Below are positions 26,763 to 32,000 of a stretch of 32,000 nt of DNA, piece by piece (the first letter of the stretch is position 1; every line of letters starts with the position of its first letter). The stretch is from contig NZ_JAEVYN010000001.1 in the NCBI RefSeq assembly GCF_016807185.1, forward strand, positions 245,145 through 277,144, in the 5' to 3' direction. Source of the stretch: Leptolyngbya sp. Cla-17. Lineage in GTDB: Bacteria; Cyanobacteriota; Cyanobacteriia; Leptolyngbyales; Leptolyngbyaceae. The notes beneath the pieces were generated by a model. The model worked only from the letters and a program-made list of their open reading frames with translations, ran no database searches and was not told the DNA's origin. The translations under genes were made by a program, and so were the position numbers.

Positions 26763-27818
26763 TCAGCACTCACTAACCGGACGAGCAACCAGTCCGGGGT
26801 ATGGCTCCAAGGCAAATGCTTGATCGGGTTGGCTCAGTAAGTAGCGATCGCAGACCAAGAGCAATTCGGCTTCGGTTTGGGTCAGACGCATATCGCGCAA
26901 GAAAGCACCCGCAGCATCGACACTTTGGGCGATGTAGTTGAGGTACATTTTTAAATAGCTAACCCGCGATCGCTCTGGAACTGTCAACGCAGTTGTCGTT
27001 TGACGCAGTTGCTCAATGTAGCCATGAACTTCAGCCAGCGTGACGATAGAAACAGGTTCTCCCTTTAGAATTTGGCGAATCTGCTTAAAAATCCAGGGAT
27101 TGCGGATTGCAGCGCGACCCACCATGATTCCAGCGGCTTTAGTCTGGGTTAGGACAGCAGCGGCAGACTGGGCAGAAGTGACATTCCCATTGGCTAGAAC
27201 TGGACAGTTTACCCGTTGAACCGCGTGGGCAATTAGGTCGTAATGCACAGCGCCACGATACATTTCTTTGACTGTTCGACCGTGCAAACTCAGCAAATCG
27301 ATGTGATATCGATTGATTAGATCAAGGATGCGATCGAAGTTATCAGTATTATCAAAGCCAATTCGCATTTTGACGCTCAAGCGTCCATCAACAGCCTCTC
27401 GCAACTCGCCAAAAATTCGGTTCACCTTTTCAGGATCGCGCAACAATCCACCCCCCACATTTTTCCGATAAATTCTGGGGGCAGGGCACCCCATATTTAA
27501 ATCAATGCCTGCAATTGGGTAGTGGCTCAGGGTTTGGGCAATTCGCACCAGGTCGGGAATGCTCTCGCCAATCATTTGAGCAAAGACGGGGCGATCGGTT
27601 GTGTTTTCAGTAATCGATCGCAGAATTTTTTTATCTAGGGTGGAGGTCGGATGAACCCGAAAATATTCAGTAAAGAAGTAATCGGGGCTGCCATAGCTGG
27701 CAATCACATTCATAAAAAACAAATCGGTCACATCTTGCATGGGAGCAAGAGCGGTTAAGGCAAGCCCTGAACAGATTGGAGTAGGCAGGCGATCGCAAAG
27801 TGGCAGGGTTGCAGTCAT
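26763..27818 (-). CDS. tRNA-dihydrouridine synthase (Dus family)
   Basis: DLNMGCPAPRIYRKNVGGGLL (catalytic Cys region) and LSLHGRTVKEMY within a TIM-barrel flavoenzyme pattern. Confidence 0.85.
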   Translation of the reverse strand: MTATLPLCDRLPTPICSGLALTALAPMQDVTDLFFMNVIASYGSPDYFFTEYFRVHPTSTLDKKILRSITENTTDRPVFAQMIGESIPDLVRIAQTLSHYPIAGIDLNMGCPAPRIYRKNVGGGLLRDPEKVNRIFGELREAVDGRLSVKMRIGFDNTDNFDRILDLINRYHIDLLSLHGRTVKEMYRGAVHYDLIAHAVQRVNCPVLANGNVTSAQSAAAVLTQTKAAGIMVGRAAIRNPWIFKQIRQILKGEPVSIVTLAEVHGYIEQLRQTTTALTVPERSRVSYLKMYLNYIAQSVDAAGAFLRDMRLTQTEAELLLVCDRYLLSQPDQAFALEPYPGLVARPVSEC

Positions 27819-28084
27819 TTAGATTGCCGCTTTGATTTTTTCCCAAGCGGTGTTTGACGCGCCCCAAAGTATTTATCACTGCGGTAACGCAACCACACTC
27901 GCAGCACTTGAGGAATCTGCTCTTTCTGTTCTTGGGTTAGGGTATTGTACAGTTCCAAAGCGCGATCGCGTTCACCCCGACAGGCAGCATTATTGTGAGC
28001 ATCCCAATAGCTGCGGGCAACGCGGATTCGCCGACATACTTCTTTGATTAATTCTGCTTCTGTTGAGATCTCATGCTTTCTCAT
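27815..28084 (-). CDS. Hypothetical 89-aa basic protein, translationally coupled to dus
   Basis: ATG start. Its stop overlaps the dus start in ATGA (27815-27818). I do not recognise a family. Confidence 0.55.
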   Translation of the reverse strand: MRKHEISTEAELIKEVCRRIRVARSYWDAHNNAACRGERDRALELYNTLTQEQKEQIPQVLRVWLRYRSDKYFGARQTPLGKKSKRQSK

Positions 28085-28320
28085 AGTTCTTACCTATATC
28101 TAGTTTAGGTATAGCAAATGGCAGTCAGTCGGCTGCAACCATCTGCGCCGGATTGCTATCAGCTTCGTGCAGTAACTCTAAAAAATGGAAAGCATCAGTC
28201 CGTAATGTCATTGAAATGAGATGTATCCATAGCCGAACCACTCCATTGAATCAAGCAGTGGTTAATCAAACAGTGGACAATTTTATACTACAAGTGTAGT
28301 CTATAAGCAGTTCTCGTAAT

Positions 28321-30216
28321 TACTACAGTTGTAGATGTTGAATTTATGATTGTATTTCGCCTAGAATCAGCGTCAAACCAGTGTTCTAGGTGATGCGTGA
28401 TGACTCTCGCCCTTGCCCAAATCGACCTCAGTGAAGCCGAGGTCGAGTCAAATCTGAAACAGCTTGAGACTTGGGCCAGCGACCTCGATGCCCTCATGAT
28501 TCGGCTGGCCCCGCGCTTCAAACGCGCAGAGCTGCGAGAGCGCGCGAAAGAGTATGTGCAAGGATTGCTCAGTGCAGCTGAGCGGAAGAATAGCTGGCAA
28601 ATCGCAGAACAACTGGGCAAGCCCACACCGTATGGGATGCAACATCTCCTCGGTCGAGCCCAGTGGAATGCCGATTTAGTGAGAGACGACGTGCAAGCCT
28701 ATGTGAATGAAGCGTTGGGCGATCGAGAAGCGGTGTTTGTGCTCGATGAAACAGGCTTTCTCAAAAAAGGCGACCACTCAGCTGGGGTGCAACCGCAGTA
28801 CAGTGGCACCGGCAATGGGATTGAAAACTGTCAGGTCGGCGTCTTTCTCGGCTATGCCGCCGCCGATGGCTACACGTTGATTGATCGAACACTGTATCTA
28901 CCGCAACGTTGGCTGGATGAGCCAGAGCGATGTGCTCAAGCTGGCATTCCGCCAGAGGCCGCCTTTGCGACCAAGCCGATGCTGGCACAACGCCTGTTAG
29001 AACGGGCGTTTGCGGCGGGACTGCCAGGCCGTTGGGTGACTGGGGATGAAGTCTACGGGCGCGATGCCCGCTTGCGGCAATGGTTAGAAGCACGGCATCA
29101 AGCGTATGTCCTGACCACTTGGTCAAAAGAGAACGTTGGGCGCGATGCCCTATCGATGCGCATCGAGGAACTCGCCATGAGTTGGCCCGCTGAAGAATGG
29201 CACCGGCTCAGTTGTGGGACGGGCACGAAGGGAGAACGCTACTTTGACTGGACTTGTATGCCGATTAACAGTCCCAAAGGGTGCGATTGGCAGCACTGGG
29301 CACTCGTCCGACGGGGCATCGAACACCCAGAAGACTGGGCTTATTATCTGGTGTTTGCGCCGCCTGGAACGTCTTTGCAGACGATGGTGCAGGTTGCCGG
29401 TCGGCGCTGGACGATCGAGGTTTGTTTCGAGAGTGCCAAAGGGGAAGTCGGGCTGGATGAGTATGAAGTGCGTTCATGGAATGGCTGGTATCGCCATATG
29501 ACGTTAGCGCTACTGGCCCACGCTTTCTTAACGGTGACGCGAGCGCAGGCGGCTAAAAAAGGGCTTTCAACGGTGACTGCTGCCCAGTACCGCCCTCCGG
29601 TGCAGCCGTCGCAGGCATGGGCCGTGTGCCCTTGAGTGTGGCTGAACTGCGTCACTTGCTATGGCGCTTAGCTTGGCAGCCTCCATTGAGTCCTCGACAG
29701 CTGTTGCATTGGTCCTCATGGCGACGACGGCATCAAGCGATTGCCCAGTTCTACCACTTCAAGCGTCGAGCGTTAGCCATGCGGTGGCGAAAACTGCTAA
29801 TGGTTCATTCCGTAGAGGTGCCTCCAGAATGCACAGTCGCAGACATCGCTGATCGACTGTCTGTAAAAATGGTCTTCGCGTTGCCCTTGCTTTGGCTAGC
29901 CACCGCTGCATCGAGCAATAGTAGTGGCAGACAATGAAGCTGATTTCAGCACTGTGCAAGCTCTTGTGGAAGCGAGTGGTTGAGTGCTTGCCGGTCAAGC
30001 AACTAGCCAAGAAGATGAGACAGGGGTGTCACCGTTGCCCTATCTTGGTTGAGCGCGCGTTTCCGGTCGGACTAACCGAGGCGACAGTCTCACGAGTTTA
30101 GGGCGTTGTAGCGGACTGTGAAGGATTGGGTTAGTTCGATTTTAGCCCTGCTGACTTTTGAGACGTTGAATCTTTATATGAGACGGCCTCGGAGATGAGG
30201 ATCTACAACTGTAGTA
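28321..30216 (+). mobile_element. IS701-family insertion sequence (1896 bp)
   Basis: 16-bp perfect terminal inverted repeats TACTACAGTTGTAGAT (28321-36) and ATCTACAACTGTAGTA (30201-16). The flanking 4-bp direct repeat is TAAT (28317-20 / 30217-20); a 4-bp duplication is the IS701-family norm. An IS701-type transposase lies inside. Confidence 0.85.
28397..29937 (+). pseudogene. IS701-family DDE transposase, reading frame broken near the C-terminus
   Basis: GRRWTIEVCFESAKGEVGLDEYEVRSWNGWYRHMTLALLAHAFL is the typical IS701 core. The conserved tail LSVAELRHLLWRL...LHWSSWRRRHQAIAQFYHFKRR is in the -1 frame (open from 29557), while the main frame stops at 29635. Confidence 0.8.
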
Positions 30217-30473
30217 TAATACAAGAAACTACAAGCCTCCCATGATACGCCACCACTTCCCCGTCTTACATCATGCCATCCTGTGCCGACACCCGCAGTG
30301 TTTAGGCAAGGCAATCTTGTTGTCAAGATTTGAGCTGTATTGTGGCAGCAAATTTATCCGTGGAGGCAGTGATACAGCCATTGTCAAGTGGCTAAATCGA
30401 TTTCAACAAATTCAGAGCGGGAGGTACAGGACGAGCCTGTTACCGACATAGGGCGAGCATTATCACCTTTCCC

Positions 30474-30510
30474 AATCCCCGCTTCTGTGACCAGAGGTGG
30501 GGATTTTTTT
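30474..30510 (+). terminator. Strong intrinsic terminator immediately upstream of the HNH gene RBS
   Basis: 14-bp stem AATCCCCGCTTCTG (30474-87) / CAGAGGTGGGGATT (30492-505) including two G-U pairs, loop TGAC, followed by TTTTT (30506-10), extending the T-run begun by the TT of the 3' arm to seven T (30504-10). GAGGAG (30511-16) and the ATG at 30525 follow directly. Confidence 0.8.
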
Positions 30511-30524
30511 GAGGAGTAAATTTC

Positions 30525-31043
30525 ATGCAAACTCATCAGCCACGAATACTACAAAACCAGGTGGTGGTGTTCTCTAAGAACTACCTACCCTTGGCACGAA
30601 TCAACATTAAGCGGGCGATCGCGTTGTTGGTTACGGGTCAGGCAGAATCGCTGGAATTTAGCAGTACTCAGCAATGGGAAGTGCGATCGCCCAGCATCGT
30701 ACTACAAGTTACGGAACATATCCGCCTCACAGATGGCAACCCACAGCGGCATTGGAAAGTGCCTCCTGTAAACCGCCGAGAGGTTTTTCGCCGTGATGAC
30801 CACACCTGCCAATACTGCGGCAGCACCAAGCATCTGACGCTGGATCACGTCATCCCTCGTTCAAAAAATGGACAACACAGTTGGGATAACGTCGTCACTG
30901 CTTGCGAAAAGTGCAACTCGAAAAAGGGCGATCGCCTGCTGCACGAAATTGGCATGGTGCTACAAAGCAAGCCCAAAGCACCCATCCATCCCGCTGTTGC
31001 CTTCGCAGACCAGTTCTGGAAAGAGCAACAAAGCAGCATTTAA
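30525..31043 (+). CDS. Small HNH endonuclease (McrA/COG1403-like)
   Basis: 172 aa with the HNH core CQYCGSTKHLTLDHVIPRSKNGQHSWDNVVTACEKCNSKKGDR. A GAGGAG SD lies 8 nt upstream. Confidence 0.9.
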   Translation: MQTHQPRILQNQVVVFSKNYLPLARINIKRAIALLVTGQAESLEFSSTQQWEVRSPSIVLQVTEHIRLTDGNPQRHWKVPPVNRREVFRRDDHTCQYCGSTKHLTLDHVIPRSKNGQHSWDNVVTACEKCNSKKGDRLLHEIGMVLQSKPKAPIHPAVAFADQFWKEQQSSI

Positions 31044-31104
31044 CCCTAAATGCCTCGCGCTAACATCCGTTCCCATCGCTCTCAAAAAAAGTTGTAGTAC
31101 ACCC

Positions 31105-31134
31105 TTGACGTCATGTAGCACATTGTATTATATT
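31105..31134 (+). promoter_or_regulatory. Sigma70-type promoter candidate bracketed by TTGTAGTAC direct repeats
   Basis: -35 TTGACG (31105-10), 18-bp spacer, -10 TATATT (31129-34); alternatively TATTAT at 31126-31. TTGTAGTAC occurs at 31092-31100 and 31134-31142. Confidence 0.5.
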
Positions 31135-31169
31135 TGTAGTACGAGACGAAACACAAAGGAGTCAATCCA

Positions 31170-31367
31170 ATGGTTACTCGCTCTATTAACCGAGCCAGGC
31201 CTTTACCGAAGCTTTCAGAGTTTCCTCAAATTCCCAAGAAAGTTTCCTCTACTCAACTTGTCGATCATCAATCCAGTCAGAAAATCCATCTGAACTCAAC
31301 TGAACCTTATCAAGCACTTCGCCACCTCAGGCAAACCTATCACCTGGAACGGCGCACATTTCTCTAA
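31170..31367 (+). CDS. Hypothetical 65-aa protein
   Basis: ATG preceded by AAGGAG (31156-61) at 8-nt spacing, downstream of the promoter candidate. No recognisable family; basic and hydrophilic. Confidence 0.45.
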   Translation: MVTRSINRARPLPKLSEFPQIPKKVSSTQLVDHQSSQKIHLNSTEPYQALRHLRQTYHLERRTFL

Positions 31368-31425
31368 CTCTGGCTGACATCAAGCCACCCCTGAACCTTG
31401 AAAACTGAATTGCCATTTAATTTCT

Positions 31426-31503
31426 AGGAAGCAAGCACTAGAGAGTGGGAACCAGGCATCTTGCCAATATCCTGTTCTCTAGCTCGTTTCTTCCTAATTT
31501 TTT
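31426..31503 (+). terminator. 72-nt rod-like hairpin followed by AATTTTTT, abutting the first tRNA
   Basis: TAGGAAG (31426-32) pairs with CTTCCTA (31491-97). Inner helices are TAGAG/CTCTA and GGCA/TGCC, with bulges. The T-run 31499-31503 ends at the first base of tRNA-Asp (31504). Confidence 0.55.
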
Positions 31504-31578
31504 GGGGGTGTAGCTTAGCTGGTCAAAAGCGATCGCCTGTCGAGCGAAAGATCGTGGGTTCAAATCCCATCATCCCCG
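31504..31578 (+). tRNA. tRNA-Asp (anticodon GTC)
   Basis: Folded by hand. Acceptor GGGGGTG/CATCCCC, D-stem GCTT/AAGC, anticodon loop CTGTCGA, T-arm GTGGG-TTCAAAT-CCCAT, discriminator G. No encoded CCA. Confidence 0.85.
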
Positions 31579-31628
31579 TGTAGCCCTGTGGAGAAGCGAG
31601 TGCAATCCTTGTCACGGCTACTAGATTC

Positions 31629-31700
31629 GTCCGAGTCGCCAAGTGGAAAGGCGTTGGTCTGCAAAACCAACTAGCGCGGGTTCGATTCCCGCCTCGGACT
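31629..31700 (+). tRNA. tRNA-Cys (anticodon GCA)
   Basis: Acceptor GTCCGAG/CTCGGAC (7/7), anticodon stem TTGGT/ACCAA with loop CTGCAAA, T-arm GCGGG-TTCGATT-CCCGC, discriminator T. Confidence 0.9.
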
Positions 31701-31705
31701 CTTTT

Positions 31706-31795
31706 GCAGAGATGGTGTAATGGCAGCATCGGGGTCTCCAAAGCCTTTGGTTCGGGTACCCTGCGGGAAGCAAGCTACAAATCCTGATCTCTGCG
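31706..31795 (+). tRNA. Aberrant tRNA-like element: Trp(CCA)-like 5' half, no foldable T-arm
   Basis: Acceptor GCAGAGA (31706-12) / TCTCTGC (31788-94), U8, D-arm GTGT-AATGGCA-GCAT, anticodon loop CTCCAAA. The anticodon stem has 3 G-U pairs, and the 40 nt between the anticodon stem and the 3' acceptor strand contain no T-stem/TPsiC loop. Confidence 0.35.
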
Positions 31796-31840
31796 TTCTA
31801 CGGTGTGACCTAATCCAAGAAGCTTACAAACTGGTAAAAA

Positions 31841-31884
31841 CTGATTTTCCGATCAGTCTTATAGGTTCAAGTCCTATGTCCTGT
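31841..31884 (+). other. Orphan tRNA 3' part: hairpin plus a canonical T-arm, with no matching acceptor or D-arm
   Basis: CTGAT/ATCAG stem with a 6-nt loop TTTCCG, 4-nt linker, then ATAGG-TTCAAGT-CCTAT (31861-77). The next 7 nt (GTCCTGT) have no complementary 5' strand upstream. Confidence 0.3.
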
Positions 31885-31938
31885 TCGCAGGTTAAAACAG
31901 CTTCTTAAACTTACACACTGTAGATACTTCCAAAACTG

Positions 31939-32000
31939 GGTGCCGTAGGCAAATTGGTAAAGCCATAGGACTTTCAATCTTGTGTTTGCGGGTACTGCTC
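31939..32000 (+). tRNA. Partial tRNA-like element, Glu(UUC)-like, truncated by the window end
   Basis: GGTGCCG-TA-GGCA-AATTGGTAA-AGCC, anticodon stem TAGGA/TCTTG (two G-U pairs), loop CTTTCAA, T-stem GCGGG, but a non-canonical T-loop TACTGCT. Confidence 0.3.

Noticed and set aside
30242-30451. 69-aa ORF between the IS701 element and the HNH gene
   Set aside because: It has no RBS and a His/Cys/Arg-rich composition untypical of the window's proteins. The region is dense in hairpins and ends in a terminator. It is treated as leader or ncRNA rather than CDS.
31523-31908. ORFs 31523-31741 (-) and 31720-31908 (+)
   Set aside because: They overlap hand-folded tRNA genes and tRNA-like units; the tRNA structure explains the sequence better than coding does.

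Overview
This looks like a cyanobacterial chromosome segment. The HIP1 octamer GCGATCGC occurs well over 20 times by eye, and the gene content fits: dnaA, thrB, a Raf1-like protein, a CpcT-like protein and many two-component genes. From 1 to about 20.1 kb the window holds mostly housekeeping and signalling genes, mainly on the minus strand, interrupted by one IS4-family element (15684-16990). The right third looks accessory. It contains: (1) a three-piece STAND locus (20180-23267): a 165-aa N-terminal module, an NB-ARC NTPase and nine 42-aa TPRs. Its first junction carries a textbook -1 frameshift cassette and its second is a plain 1-nt frame break. (2) An IS630-type transposase remnant abutting tRNA-Ala(GGC). 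(3) An IS701-family element (28321-30216) with a frame-broken transposase, inserted into the long leader region of a small HNH endonuclease gene. (4) At the right edge, a near-consensus promoter, a 65-aa ORF and a 72-nt hairpin with a T-run, followed immediately by a densely packed tRNA array: Asp-GTC, Cys-GCA, then degenerate tRNA-like units running off the window. I saw no rRNA, CRISPR array or prophage. The most interesting candidate is the possible programmed -1 frameshift that would fuse an uncharacterised N-terminal module to the STAND NTPase. The competing explanation is a lost base in an A-run, and I weigh that explicitly. All calls come from reading the sequence and ORF track plus remembered family motifs; no searches were run.
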